A stretch of 64,000 nt of DNA from Alphaproteobacteria bacterium (GTDB taxonomy: Bacteria; Pseudomonadota; Alphaproteobacteria; UBA828): assembly GCA_965214705.1 (NCBI GenBank), contig CBDCCI010000002.1, forward strand, positions 1,248,001 through 1,312,000, read 5' to 3'. Shown piece by piece: positions 48,120 to 61,074 of this stretch (position 1 is the first letter of the stretch; each line of letters starts with the position of its first letter). The notes beneath the pieces are model-generated. The model saw only the letters and a program-made list of their open reading frames with translations, had not been told where the DNA came from and made no database searches. The position numbers and the translations under genes were made by a program.

Positions 48120-49533
48120 TTAGCGGGCGGAGCCCGCGAGGCCGCGTCCACCGCTCGCCAGCCACTCCTCGAATCTCTCGGTAAGCGCGACCTGGTGCGT
48201 GGCCCACCATTCGGCGTCGGTCTGCAGGGCGCGGGCGAGGTTGTCCGGCGCGGTGGGCAGGTGCGGCTTGGTCTCGTCGGAGACCAGCGCCATGGAGGAC
48301 ATCCTCGCCGGCCCGTAGGAAATGTATTTCGTCTGCTCCGCGAGCGGCCCCGTGCTGGTCGCGAAGCGGATGAAGTCCGTGGCCTTGTGCAGGTTGTCGC
48401 TCCCCTTGGGGATGCCCCAGGAGTCGATGTCCCAGATCTGGCCGTCCCACAGGATGGCGTAGGGCTTGCCGTCTTCGACGATCGGGCGATACATGCGCCC
48501 GTTCCACACCGAGGTCATGACGACCTCGTCCGAATTGAGCAGGCGTAGCGGGTCCGCACCCGCCTCCCACCACTCGATGTGGTTCTTGATCTCGTCCATG
48601 ACCGAGAACAGCGGCTGGTATCACGCTCGCTGGCGGGATGGACCATCCTGGCGACGATCAGCGCGCTGGCGATGCGCCCGTCGCGGCCCTTGATGTCGAG
48701 GCCGTGGAGGATTTCGGCGAAGCCGAGGGCGTCGAGGGCCTTGAGGCACAGGCGCTCGCAACCGTGCGCGGGTTCTCGTGCAGGGTATCGAGGTCGACGG
48801 TGGCGATGTCGGGCTTCGCGCCTCTTCCTGCATCGCCTCGGAACCCCCTGGCCCTGAGCTTGGCGACGATGTCCTCGGTGCGGCCCGCCCGGTCAAGCCC
48901 GTCCTCGGTCTCGAGCAGGGCGTAGACCTCCTCCGGTGCAGCGCCATCGGCGATCAGGGCCCATTCGAGGATCACGCGCGGATCGCGCCGAAGCCCGCGC
49001 TTGCCGGGGAACGCATCGACATCGAAGAAGTCGGCGAGGGTGGCGGGAGCGCTCTCGCCCACCGCTTCGGTATCGTAGCCCACCACCGTCGACCACACGG
49101 TCTGGCCGACGCCGCAGGGAGTGAACGCGCCGGGGATGAAGTCGTCGGCTGCCGACGTGCCGTCGTCGCCCGGCGGCAGCGTGCCGTGGTCGAATTCTTC
49201 CAGCAGGCCTTCGCGGCAGCCCCGGATCAGGTCCGAGAGCTCGAAGTCCACCACGTCCCAGGTCACGTTCTCGGTCTCGACCTGCTCGCGAATCTCATCG
49301 AGCCCGCCGTTGTAGGTCTCCATCGACACCCATTCGCCGCTCGAGATGCGGTAGGGCTTCACGTAGGCCAGCATCTGGCTCCGGGTGTAGGCGCCGCCCC
49401 AGGAGACGATGGTCAGCTCCTTCGTCGGTGCCGCAACCTGATGCTCCGGCGGCTCGTCCCCGGCAAACGCGGGCACCGAAACCGACAGTGCGACCGACAA
49501 GGCAAAGGCCCCAATCCCCCGACAAGATGCCAT
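48120..49533 (-). pseudogene. Polyamine-type ABC substrate-binding protein interrupted by a 277-bp insert
   Basis: LTIVSWGGAY, WDVVD, FPGKRGLR, WNGR motifs; removing 48609-48885 restores GLDRA-FSVMDEIK in frame. Confidence 0.85.
48609..48885 (-). mobile_element. Internal fragment of an IS1634-like transposase
   Basis: ERLCLKALDALGFAEILHGL...ASALIVARMVHPASERDT matches the IS1634 N-terminal pattern from memory; no IS ends. Confidence 0.6.
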
Positions 49534-49582
49534 CTCCGCTCCCCCTCTAGTTCGAGCCTCGAGTAATCGCACGGCAGCGAAC

Positions 49583-51244
49583 TCAGCCTCGAAGGTCACC
49601 CTTCAAACTGGTGCCGTCGGGTGCCTTGTCGCCGCTCGGCATGGGCACGGCGCTCGGGTCCTCGTGCAGGGACTTGATGATGCCGTAGGTCATCATCAGC
49701 ATGATGACGCTGACCGGCAGGGCGGCGGCGATGGAGGCGGTTTGAAGCGCCTTCAGCCCGCCGGCCAGCAGCAGCACCGCAGCAACAAAACCCTCTCCCA
49801 GCCCCCAGAAGATGCGGAACTTCCTGGGCGGATTGTCGCTGCCCATGCTGAGCATGGTGGTGATGACGAGCGTGCCTGAATCCGAGGACGTGATGAACCA
49901 CGTCGCCAGCAGGAAGGTCGCCAGCGCCGCCATGATCCAGTTCAGCCACGTAATGCCCGTCACCAGGTCAATGGTGCCGTAGAGCGCGGCGGGCAGGTTC
50001 CAATCCCTGATCAGTTGGGCGACACCGGCAGTGCCGACGCCGCCGGCCGCCTCCAGCTCGGCGTACATGGCGTTGCCGCCGAAGATGCAGAGCCACAGGA
50101 AGGCGATGGTGGTGGGCACGAACATCACGCCGACCATGAACTCGCGGATCGTGCGGCCGCGGCTGATCCTCGCGATGAACATGCCGACGAAGGGAGCCCA
50201 GGAGATCCACCAGCCCCAGTAGAAGATCGTCCACCCGCCCTGCCATGCGGACGCGCCTTCGGTATTGAAGATCTGGAAGCCCATGGGGATGACGTTCCAT
50301 AGATAGTCGCCCACGGAGGTGACGAAGAGGCCGAGCAGCCACTTCGTCGGCCCGCCGAACAGGAAGAAGGCGACCAGCACGATGCTGAGCCAGATGTTCC
50401 ATTCCGAGATGATGCGGATGCCCTTGCCGACCCCGGAGACCGCAGAGAACGTGGCCACGATCGAGATGATCACGATCAGGATGACCTGCGTAATGATGCC
50501 GGGGTCGATCCCGAACAGGTGGTTGAGGCCGGTTGCCATCTGGCTGATGCCGAGCCCGAGGGAGGTCGCGACGCCGAACACGGTCCCGAACACGGCCAGC
50601 AGATCGACGGCGTGGCCGGCGGGGCCGTAGATCTTGTTGCCGATGATCGGGTAGAGCGCCGAACGCAGCGTCAGCGGCAGCTTCTTGCGGTACCCGAAAT
50701 AGGCCAGGCAAAGACCTACGATCACGTAGACCGCCCAGCCGTGGAAGCCCCAGTGGAAGTAGGTGACCCGCATGGCGAGGACCGCGCGGGCCTCGTTCAT
50801 CTCGTGGACGCCGGCCTAGTCGGCGAAGGGATTGTTGGGGTAGCCCCAGGGCATCGTGTTGTCGAAGTAGAACAACGGCTCGGCGATGCTGAAGAAGAGC
50901 AGCCCGATGCCGACGCCGGCCGAGAACAGCATCGCGAAACACGAGAAGGTGCTGAACTCGGGCTTGCTGTCGTCGTCGCCCAGCTTGATGCGCCCGAAGC
51001 GGCTGAACATCAGGTAGAAGCAGGCGAAGAGCATGACGACGAGCGCGCTCATGTAGTACCAGTTGAGCGCGTGCTCGATCCATCCGCGGATCGCCGAGTA
51101 GATGCCATCGGCGATGTCCACGAAGAGCGCCGTGAACAGGACGAACGCCGCGATCATGCCCTTGGACGCGATGCCGGGGTGCAGCCCCTTCCAGAGCCCC
51201 CGGTTCGCGACGTTCTTCGGCATGTTGTCCTGCACCGCTCTCAC
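49583..51244 (-). pseudogene. BCCT (betaine/choline/carnitine) transporter split by an in-frame TAG at 50816-50818
   Basis: MLFSAGVGIGLLF..AEP, FHWGFHGWAVY, WTIFYWGWWISWAPFVGMFIARISRGRTIREF, FITSSDSG; both ORFs share a frame. Confidence 0.88.
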
Positions 51245-51527
51245 CCCTCTCGGTCAGCTCTCGTATGTATTCGATCCTGGCACTGTTTTGCCTCGGGCAG
51301 AGCCGCGAAGAGGGCGCCCCTCCGCCCAATGTGACCGGAGTCTGGCGCGCAGTCGCCGCCCGGCCACCCTTCGACCCCGATTGCTTTCAGGGAGTCCGAG
51401 TGTGTGCGACCAACGGCAACAAGATCGCTACAGGGGTGAAACCGTCATATCCATAGTGTGCGTGAGCCTCACGGTTTGCCTGAACGACGCAAGCGAGTAA
51501 CTTGAAGGGGAAACGAGTCCGCCAAGC

Positions 51528-52301
51528 ATGCCGGTAGCGGCAGACAACGTTCAGGCAACGGCGCGCATCGGCACTTGGAATGTTGAGTGGCCGGCGCCTG
51601 ATAGCGAGCGGGGCATTCGCATTGCCGCCGCCCTGAACGCGCCCGATTGCGACATCGTGTGCGTGACCGATGGGTGCGCGGATATCCTTCCCGCTGGCGG
51701 TCATACCATCGATGGCGGACCGGATTGCAGCTATAGCCACGAAGAAACGCGGCGCAACGTCCTGCTCTGGAGCAAGCAGCCCTGGGCCGCAGTGGACATC
51801 GGCGACTCCGGGGCGCTTCCGGGCAGGGGGCTGGTAGCGGGCATCACCCTGACCGCGCTGGGTCCGCTGACGGTGGTCGGTGTCTGCATTCCCTGGCGGG
51901 ATGCGCACGTGCGCTCGGGCCGCAAGGACCGCAGCCAGTGGCAGGAGCACGAGGCATGGCTGGCGGGGTTCGAGAGTCTGCCGTACCGGCATGCGAAGAG
52001 GCGCACCGTCGTTCTCGGCGACTTCAATCAGCGTGTTCCGCGACGGTCGCAGCCGAAGGGGGTGCATGCGGCGCTGCTGCATGCGTTCGAGGGTTTCAGC
52101 TTCGCGACTGCCGGGGACCTGGAGGGTGCGCCGGGCAGGGCGCTCGATCACATCGCCCATACGCCGGACATGGCGCCGGCCGGCGGCATCGGATTGTGGC
52201 CCCGGGAAGACTGTCACGACAATCGCCTGTCCAGCCACTTCGGGGTATGGGGCGACTTCGCCTTCGGCACGACCGGCATGCGGCCCGCAAGATGGGCTTG
52301 A
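51528..52301 (+). CDS. Endonuclease/exonuclease/phosphatase family protein
   Basis: IGTWNV, VLGDFNQR, LDHI, SSHFGV; the usual Glu reads TD and SDH reads SSH, so activity is uncertain. Confidence 0.8.
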   Translation: MPVAADNVQATARIGTWNVEWPAPDSERGIRIAAALNAPDCDIVCVTDGCADILPAGGHTIDGGPDCSYSHEETRRNVLLWSKQPWAAVDIGDSGALPGRGLVAGITLTALGPLTVVGVCIPWRDAHVRSGRKDRSQWQEHEAWLAGFESLPYRHAKRRTVVLGDFNQRVPRRSQPKGVHAALLHAFEGFSFATAGDLEGAPGRALDHIAHTPDMAPAGGIGLWPREDCHDNRLSSHFGVWGDFAFGTTGMRPARWA

Positions 52302-52611
52302 GGATCGTCGCGTCATTGCCGGAGGGAGTGTGCCGGACCGGCACGTCCGGTGGCGGCCGTTCCCGGATCGATGATCACCGGGCGGAATGGCGGAATACCC
52401 GGAGGAGTAACCGGCGGCTTTGCGTTGACGCGGCCGGTCCGTGCGAGACTGTCTTGCCCGGGACTTGGTCTTCCTGCCGGGCTTGAACGCGGTCCGGAAT
52501 CTTCCCATCCTGAGGCTGGATGGTTCCATCGTCGTCGGTCCGCGTCGAGCAGCGCATGCTCGCCGGCAGGCGACTACAATTTCGCACGGAGGAAAGGTCG
52601 ATTTTGGTGCA

Positions 52612-53161
52612 ACCCTGGAGAAGGGCGTGCCCTACGAGTTCGACCCCGTGATTCCGCAGTCCGACGAGCAGAAGGCGGTGCAGCCCTGGGGGTCAGTGCT
52701 GGCCATGTCCCACGGCGACGTGCGCATGTACGAATCGATGGCGATGCGCAACTACATCGACCATGCGTTCGACGGCCTGCCCCTGCAGCCGGCCGATGCG
52801 CTCGCCAACGCCCGCTGCTGGCTATGGACTTCGGTCTTCATCCAGTACCTCTACCGGCCGGCGATCGACATTGTCCTGCAGCGCCTGATCGTGCCCGCGC
52901 GGGGCGGCGAGCGCGACGAGGCCCTGGTCGCGAGCAGCGTGCCCAGAGCCGACAAGGCGCCCGGCATTCTCGACGGGGGGCTCGAAGGGCAGGCGCACTT
53001 CGCCGGCGACGACGCGTTACATGTTGCTGCGCATGTTGCACTACCTGAAGATGACGCCGGAGGGCGCGGACCTGCTCGCGCCCCGCGCCTGCATCGCCCG
53101 CTGGCAGGCCGCCATCGACCAGCGCGAGAACGCCGTCGCGACGGGCCCCGATTTCGGCTGA
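52612..53161 (+). pseudogene. Glutathione S-transferase remnant (no N-terminus, frameshift near 53010)
   Basis: LEKGVPYEF, QPWGSV, MYESMAMRNYID, HFAGD; C-terminal helices continue in another frame. Confidence 0.7.
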
Positions 53162-53379
53162 TCGTTTGGGCTGTCAGAATCCAGTTCACTCGGCGAGGGC
53201 GTAGCCTGCCGCGCGCACGGTCCGGATCGTGTCGTCCTCGCCCTCCACGTTGGCCAGCGGCCGAACGAGCGGTCTCCACACTCGGGCGGGCTGCCCGGCC
53301 TGCGCTCCGGCGGGCGTGCAACCTCGTCGAAGGGATCGTCGCTGAAAGACTGCGCCCGCCCAGGTGCGCCGGTCTCGCC

Positions 53380-53574
53380 GTTGCCCATGAGGACGACGCG
53401 GAGGCCCGAACTGCCGATAATGCGCAGGTTCTCGAAGTCCATGATCACCGTGCGGTCCCCGTCCTCGAGCGCGGTCCTGACCGTCTGCTCGAAGTCGCTG
53501 GCGTTGCCCGCGTCGATTCGCCCGCTCTCGTGAACCGACAAGTCGCGGTCCTGCCGCTCAGTGGTTATTTCCAT
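53380..53574 (-). pseudogene. STAS anti-sigma-factor antagonist, truncated
   Basis: SGRIDAGNASDFE..VIMDFENLRIIGSSGLRVVL, then similarity is lost. Confidence 0.75.
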
Positions 53575-53705
53575 GGCCGTGATCAGCTCACGGATGGCAT
53601 CATCGGGAGTGTCGATGCGGGCGAACGTGGGAGGCGCGCTTCCCGTTGATAATGATTATATTTAGGTAATATCCTGCATTCTCGGCATACGCGCCAGGAG
53701 ATGAC

Positions 53706-54380
53706 ATGAGCCCCGATCCACCGCGAGACAGCCTGCGCCAGGCGCTATGGAAGAACGGAATGTCCCTCTCCGAGGCCTCCCTTGCCATCGGTCGCAACAA
53801 GGCCTACCTTCACCAGTACTTCTCTCGCCGCATGCCCCGGGTGCTCTCGCATCAGGACAGCGAAGCGCTCGGCAAGCTCCTCGGCTCGGATCCCGCTGAC
53901 TTCCGCCACGACGAGCTGCCCGCGCCCAAGCCCTGGACAGGCAAGCGGAAAAAGACCCCCGCACCCGCGCTCGCCACCGTCATGGAGGTCGAGGTCGAGG
54001 CCTCCGCCGGGCCCGGCGCCTTCGCCGAGGAGTTCGTTCAGGAGAGAGCGCGCTGGCGCCTGCCGGAGGTCATGGTCCGCCACGAGGGCCACGCCGACCC
54101 CGATGCGCTCCGCATTCTCCGCGCACGCGGCAACTCGATGGAGCCCGAGTTGCGCGACGGCGACCGCGTCGTCGTCGACACCGCAAGGCGCATCCCCGTC
54201 ACGGGCGAGCTGTTCGTGCTCTGGGACGGCACCGGCCTCGTCGTCAAGCGCGTCGCCGGCCTCTCGGCCGACGGCATGCTCAGCCTGCTCTCCGCCAATC
54301 CCGACTATCCGGCCTACGAGTGCCGCGCCGAAGAGGCCCACATCTTCGGACAGGTGGCCTGGAAGTTCACAAGGGCATGA
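53706..54380 (+). CDS. CI/LexA-like repressor with S24 peptidase domain (paralog of 22471-23217)
   Basis: EASLAIGRNKAYLHQ, ASAGPG, GNSMEP, VVKRV, LLSANPDY. Confidence 0.88.
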   Translation: MSPDPPRDSLRQALWKNGMSLSEASLAIGRNKAYLHQYFSRRMPRVLSHQDSEALGKLLGSDPADFRHDELPAPKPWTGKRKKTPAPALATVMEVEVEASAGPGAFAEEFVQERARWRLPEVMVRHEGHADPDALRILRARGNSMEPELRDGDRVVVDTARRIPVTGELFVLWDGTGLVVKRVAGLSADGMLSLLSANPDYPAYECRAEEAHIFGQVAWKFTRA

Positions 54381-54461
54381 AACCGCCGCTCAGCGCCTGT
54401 GGCTTCCTCGCCGGAGCGAACGCGCGTGTCCGACGAATCCCCGGTGTAGCCCGTTGTAGCA

Positions 54462-56777
54462 CTACAGCCATCCCCGCTCGCGGAATGCGTCGAGATCCAC
54501 GCCGGGCGGCGCGTACCAGCCATCCGTCCCGTATCGGGCGCCCATGCTGAAAGCCACCTTCTTGTTCCCGTACGGAATCCGAAGCGGCGTCGGCGAGTTT
54601 GCCTTCGCCTGAGGCGCACCGGCCGAAAGTTCGGTCCGGACACGCTTCGACCCGGACGCCAGACGCGATCCCGTCGCTTTCGGCCTCTCCGTGCCCCGCT
54701 TGGCGCTCCCCGCCTTGCGCGGCTTCTCCTCCCGTGACGCGACGCGGCCAATCCCGCCGCCCGAATTCGCTTCCTCCCTCTGCCCGGCGTTTCGCTTGGG
54801 CGCATGTTCGTCGAGGAACGCCCGGCAGAGCGCCGCCGACTTCGTGTACCCGGTCGGCGGCTTGATCCCCTTGCTCTTCGCGATCGACGCCGCGAACTTC
54901 CGCATCTTCGCCGTTGGCGGACGGTCGCTGCCGCCGTCGGCTTCGCCGAGAAACACGCCCTCTGCATCGGCGCCGCGCTCCCCGAGCCGGCCGATGATGC
55001 GCCGGGCCGAATCGCACACCGCGTCGATCGCCCCCGCCATCTCCTGCCGGCCGGTCAGCACATCGTCGAGCAGGCACTCCAGCTCCGCCGTCACGCCCGG
55101 ATCCACCAGCGCGGGATCGGCGCGCTTCAGCACGCCGAACAGCGCGAGGCCCCGCTCGGTGGGCATGACGTTCTTTCCCTGCGCCGTCAGGAACCCCTGC
55201 TTCTTCAGGCCCGAGATGATCTCCGCCCGCGTCGCCGGCGTGCCGATCCCCTTGGCCTCCTTCAGACGCTCTCGCAGCGCCTCGTCCTCGACGAAGCGCC
55301 AGGCGTTCTGCATCGCCTCGATCAGCGTGCCCTCCCGGTAGCGCGGCGGAGGGCGCGTCTCCTTGTCCTCGATCCCGGGATCGCGGAGACGTGCTGCCTC
55401 CCCGTCCCGCAGGGGCGGCAGTGCCTGTGCCGCCTCGCCCTTCTCCTCGTCGGGCCGCCAGTCCGGAAAGGCGCCGCGCCAGCCGGCTTCGATGGGCTGG
55501 CGCCCCGTCGCCCGGAACTCGAATCCCCGCACGTCCATCGTCACCGTGGTCTGCCGGTAGCGGTAGTCCGGCATGACCGAGGCCAGGTAGGACCGCGCGA
55601 CCGCGTCGAACAGTTTCTTCTCGTCTGCCGTGAGTCGCGGCCAGACCTCGCGCAGGTCGCCGATCCTGTTCACGTTGGGGACGATCGCGTGATGGCTCGC
55701 GCCCTCCAGCCCCTTGTCGTGGAAGGCGCCGTTCCGGCCCTTGCGGATCACTGGCGGCGACGGCACCGGAATGTCCGCATAAGCCCGGCCCGCGCGCAGA
55801 CCCGCAACGATCCTCGGCACGTCCGCGGCAGCGCTCTCCGGCAGGTAGCGCACCTCGGCGCGGGGGTAGGTCAGGATCTTCTTGCCTTCCCCGTCGTAGA
55901 GCTCCTGCGCCACCTCCAGCGTCTTCGACGCCGTCCAGCCGAAGCGCGAGCTGCACAGCTTCTGAAGCGAGGGCAGGTCGTGCAGACGCGGCGGACGCTG
56001 GCGCTTGTCCTCGACGCGGACGCCAAGCGGCCCTTCGAATTCCCGCGCCGCCTCGGCGACCGCCTCCGCCTTCGCGCGCTCGACGATGCGCTCCTTCGGC
56101 GCGTGCCGCATCCTGAACGCGCCGCCTTCGGCGTGTGCCGTCGCCACCACCTCGAAATACCCCACCGGCACGAAGTCCCGGATCTCCAGCTCCCGCCGGC
56201 AGGCGATCGCCAGCGTCGGCGTCTTGACCCGGCCGATCCCGATCACACCCCGCGAGCCTCGGCCCAGCGTCACCGTCGCGGTGCGGGTGAGCGACAGGTT
56301 GTAGATCTGATCCGCCTGCCGGCGTGCCACCGCCGCCTCGTAAAGCCGCGCGTGCTCGCCGTTCGGGCGGGCGCGCCGGAACGCCGCGCGGATGGTCTCC
56401 GCGTCCTGCGCCGTGAACAGCACCCTCAGCACCTCGCCCCGGTAGCGGCAGTGCTCCAGGATTTCCTGGCCGATCAGCTGCCCCTCGCGGTCGCAGTCCG
56501 TTGCGAGCCACACCCGGCCGGCCGTCTTCAGCGCGGCCCGGATGGCCTTCAGCTTCGCCGCCTTGTTGCCGCCGGTGGCGGGCTTGGTGCCGTAGAGCCC
56601 GTCCGGTTTCAGCAATGCCGTCGACCAGCGCTTCCAGGCCGGGTTCACGTCCTCCGGCTCGCACAGGTCCAGCAGGTGGCCCTCCGCCGCGAGAACCGTG
56701 CCGTAGCGCGAGCCCACGGCGGCCCGCACGTCCTTCGCCTGGCTCGCCTTCTCGGTGATGACGATCTGGCGCGTCAC
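54462..56777 (-). CDS. topB: Type IA DNA topoisomerase III (plasmid/ICE type)
   Basis: ITEKASQA, EGHL, ATDCDREG, GRVKTPTL, catalytic LTYPR, GIGTPATRA. Confidence 0.92.
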   Translation of the reverse strand: MTRQIVITEKASQAKDVRAAVGSRYGTVLAAEGHLLDLCEPEDVNPAWKRWSTALLKPDGLYGTKPATGGNKAAKLKAIRAALKTAGRVWLATDCDREGQLIGQEILEHCRYRGEVLRVLFTAQDAETIRAAFRRARPNGEHARLYEAAVARRQADQIYNLSLTRTATVTLGRGSRGVIGIGRVKTPTLAIACRRELEIRDFVPVGYFEVVATAHAEGGAFRMRHAPKERIVERAKAEAVAEAAREFEGPLGVRVEDKRQRPPRLHDLPSLQKLCSSRFGWTASKTLEVAQELYDGEGKKILTYPRAEVRYLPESAAADVPRIVAGLRAGRAYADIPVPSPPVIRKGRNGAFHDKGLEGASHHAIVPNVNRIGDLREVWPRLTADEKKLFDAVARSYLASVMPDYRYRQTTVTMDVRGFEFRATGRQPIEAGWRGAFPDWRPDEEKGEAAQALPPLRDGEAARLRDPGIEDKETRPPPRYREGTLIEAMQNAWRFVEDEALRERLKEAKGIGTPATRAEIISGLKKQGFLTAQGKNVMPTERGLALFGVLKRADPALVDPGVTAELECLLDDVLTGRQEMAGAIDAVCDSARRIIGRLGERGADAEGVFLGEADGGSDRPPTAKMRKFAASIAKSKGIKPPTGYTKSAALCRAFLDEHAPKRNAGQREEANSGGGIGRVASREEKPRKAGSAKRGTERPKATGSRLASGSKRVRTELSAGAPQAKANSPTPLRIPYGNKKVAFSMGARYGTDGWYAPPGVDLDAFRERGWL

Positions 56778-58753
56778 GGCGGGCCCTCATGCGTGCCTCC
56801 GCCTCCGTCGCCCTCTGCCGGCGCGGCCGCGATGGCGGCCAGGAACGGCACGGCGAACTCCTTCAGCTTGGCCGCGCCCACGCCGTTGACCTCGGCGAAC
56901 TCCGCCTCGGTGCGCGGCCGGCGGCGCACCATGTCGATCAGCGTCCGGTCCGGGAACACGATATAGGCCGGCACGCTCCGCTCCCGCGCGATCTCCAGGC
57001 GCAGCGCCTTCAGAGTGCCCAGCAGCGCCGTGTCCTCGCCGCCCAGGGCAGGCTCCCCGGCATCGCCGCGGGCCGCGCCGGAGTCCCGGGCCTTCGCGGG
57101 CGTGCGCGCGATGACCGTGTCCTCGCGGTAGAGGAACTCGCCGTCGCCGCGCAGCAGGCCGAGCCCCTTCTCCGTGATCCCGATCCCGCCGTAGCCCCCG
57201 ATGTCGATCCGCAGGAACCCCGTCGCCACCATCTGGCGGATCAGCGAGCGCCACTCGTTCTTGCCGCGCTCCGCGCCCACCCCGAAGGTCGGTATCCGGT
57301 CGTGGCCGAAGCGCGCGATCTTGTCCGTTCCGGTCCCCCGCAGGATGTCGATCAGGTGCGCGGCCCCGAAACGCTGGCCCGACCGGTAGGCCGCCGAGAG
57401 GATCTTCCGCGCGTCCTCGGTCCCGTCGACGCGCTCCGACGGATCGAGGCAGACGTCGCAGTTGCCGCACGGCTCGATCCGCTCCCCGAAATACTCCAGC
57501 AGCGCCACACGCCGGCAGGCCGGCGCCTCGCAATAGCCCAGCAGGGCATCGAGGCGCTTGTGCTCCCGGCGCTTGCGCTCCGGCCCGGCGTCCTCGTCCT
57601 CGATGAACTGCCGTCGCATCCTGATGTCGTCGAGGCCGTAGAGCATGTGCGCCTCGGCCGGAGCGCCGTCGCGGCCCGCCCGGCCGATCTCCTGGTAGTA
57701 GGCCTCGACGCTGCCCGGCAGATCGGTGTGGAAGACGTAGCGCACGTCCGCCTTGTCGATCCCCATGCCGAAGGCGATGGTGGCGACGATCGCCACGCCC
57801 GGCTCTGTCATGAATATGTTCTGGTGGGCTTCCCGATCTTCCTTCTCCATGCCGGCGTGGTAGGGGAGCGCGCGCACCCCCTCCGCCGCCAGCATGGCGG
57901 CCGTCTCCTCGGTCTTGCGCCGCGACAGGCAGTAGACGATGCCGCTTTCACCCTCGTGGCGGGAGATGAAGCTGCCGAGCTGGCGCTTCCAGTCGCGCTT
58001 CATCTCCACTGCAAGCTTGATATTTGGACGGTCGAAGCCGAGCACGAACTGCTCGGCCCGTCCGCCGAACAGCTTGTCCACGATGTCGTTCCGGGTCACC
58101 TCGTCGGCGGTCGCCGTCAGCGCCGCGATGGGGACGCCGGGGAAGAGCTCGCGCAGCCGGCGGAGGTCCTCGTATTCGGGCCTGAAGGCCGGGCCCCACT
58201 GCGAGATGCAGTGGGCCTCGTCGATGGCGAAGAGCCTGACCGGAAGGCGGGCGAGCGCCGCCAGCATGCGCTCGGTCATCAGCCGCTCGGGCGCCATGTA
58301 GAGAAGCCGCGTCCGCCCCTCCGCCGCCCGGCGCCAGGCCGCGACGTTGGCGCCCCGGTCGTTCGCGGAGTTGATGCAGTCGGCCGCGACGCCCGCCAGC
58401 CGGAGCGCGGACACCTGGTCCTGCATCAGGGCGATCAGGGGGGACACCACCACCGTGAGCCCGTCCATGACCAGGGCGGGGATCTGGAAGCAGAGCGACT
58501 TGCCCGAGCCCGTCGGCATCACGGTGAGCGCATGGCGGCCGTCGAGGAGCGCTTCGATCACGGACTCCTGGCCGGGGCGGAACGCCTGGAAGCCGAAGAC
58601 CTTCCGCAGCGACCCGTGTGCCGCTTTCAACGCACTGCCTGCCGCGCCCGGCCACTGCGCGGCTTCCCCCGATGGCGCTTCCGTCGAGTGACTCGACCGC
58701 CCCGGCGGTTGGCTTCCTTCGAGCGCTTCAAACCGCCGGTACGCCCGCTCCAT
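56774..58753 (-). CDS. recQ: RecQ DNA helicase (start uncertain)
   Basis: MPTGSGKSLCFQ, IDEAHCISQWG..FRPEY, ATIAFGMGIDK, YYQEIGRAGRDG, CGNCDVC, RQC and HRDC regions. Confidence 0.93.
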   Translation of the reverse strand: MERAYRRFEALEGSQPPGRSSHSTEAPSGEAAQWPGAAGSALKAAHGSLRKVFGFQAFRPGQESVIEALLDGRHALTVMPTGSGKSLCFQIPALVMDGLTVVVSPLIALMQDQVSALRLAGVAADCINSANDRGANVAAWRRAAEGRTRLLYMAPERLMTERMLAALARLPVRLFAIDEAHCISQWGPAFRPEYEDLRRLRELFPGVPIAALTATADEVTRNDIVDKLFGGRAEQFVLGFDRPNIKLAVEMKRDWKRQLGSFISRHEGESGIVYCLSRRKTEETAAMLAAEGVRALPYHAGMEKEDREAHQNIFMTEPGVAIVATIAFGMGIDKADVRYVFHTDLPGSVEAYYQEIGRAGRDGAPAEAHMLYGLDDIRMRRQFIEDEDAGPERKRREHKRLDALLGYCEAPACRRVALLEYFGERIEPCGNCDVCLDPSERVDGTEDARKILSAAYRSGQRFGAAHLIDILRGTGTDKIARFGHDRIPTFGVGAERGKNEWRSLIRQMVATGFLRIDIGGYGGIGITEKGLGLLRGDGEFLYREDTVIARTPAKARDSGAARGDAGEPALGGEDTALLGTLKALRLEIARERSVPAYIVFPDRTLIDMVRRRPRTEAEFAEVNGVGAAKLKEFAVPFLAAIAAAPAEGDGGGGTHEGPP

Positions 58754-59166
58754 CAGGCGAGGACCCAACGCCATCCCGGCACATCGTCCCCGCCAGACTG
58801 CCCTGCAGTCCGCCGTCCCGCAGCACTTCGCCGCCCATCCCGAGTTGTCGAACCCCAACCCGCACGATCGTCCGGTTGATGAAGAAATCCGCTATCCGCG
58901 ACCCGGCGAGTCATGGAGGACTCGTACCACGAATCGGCCCGCTCGAACGACTACCGAGAAACCCCGCCGCGGCGAGTCGCTGACGAGTTGCGGGGCACCC
59001 CCCGAGCCGGAATCGACCGGCATCGGGATCGCGCGCAAACCCTCAGTTGCCGCGCGCCGCAGGGGCGCGCCAGCAATCTTTGTGCGAAGTGCGGCGCCTG
59101 GCCGGGCGCCGCCGCGGCTTCAGTCCGGACCAGGAAATGGTGCTGGCCGGCGGCGCCCGAGAGCGC

Positions 59167-60854
<1,688 letters not shown>

Positions 60855-61074
60855 CAGGACTATCCCACGCTCCCCAAATGCGGACGATCTGGGCCGCGTT
60901 CGGGCGATTTCGGGTGTTGCGGCTCCCGCGCGATAGCCCGATTCGCAGGCTCACGGCTCTCGGTTCGGGCGAGACGTTGGCTTGGCCGCAATGAACGTCA
61001 GTGCTGACAGCTGAGCGGTGACGAGGTTGCACACCGCCATTGTCTGCCGTCCGGATCGGACGGCGTGGTGGCGC

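Noticed and set aside
50816-50818. Programmed readthrough (pyrrolysine) of the TAG in the BCCT gene
   Set aside because: No pyl genes seen and neighbouring genes are also broken; a nonsense mutation is simpler
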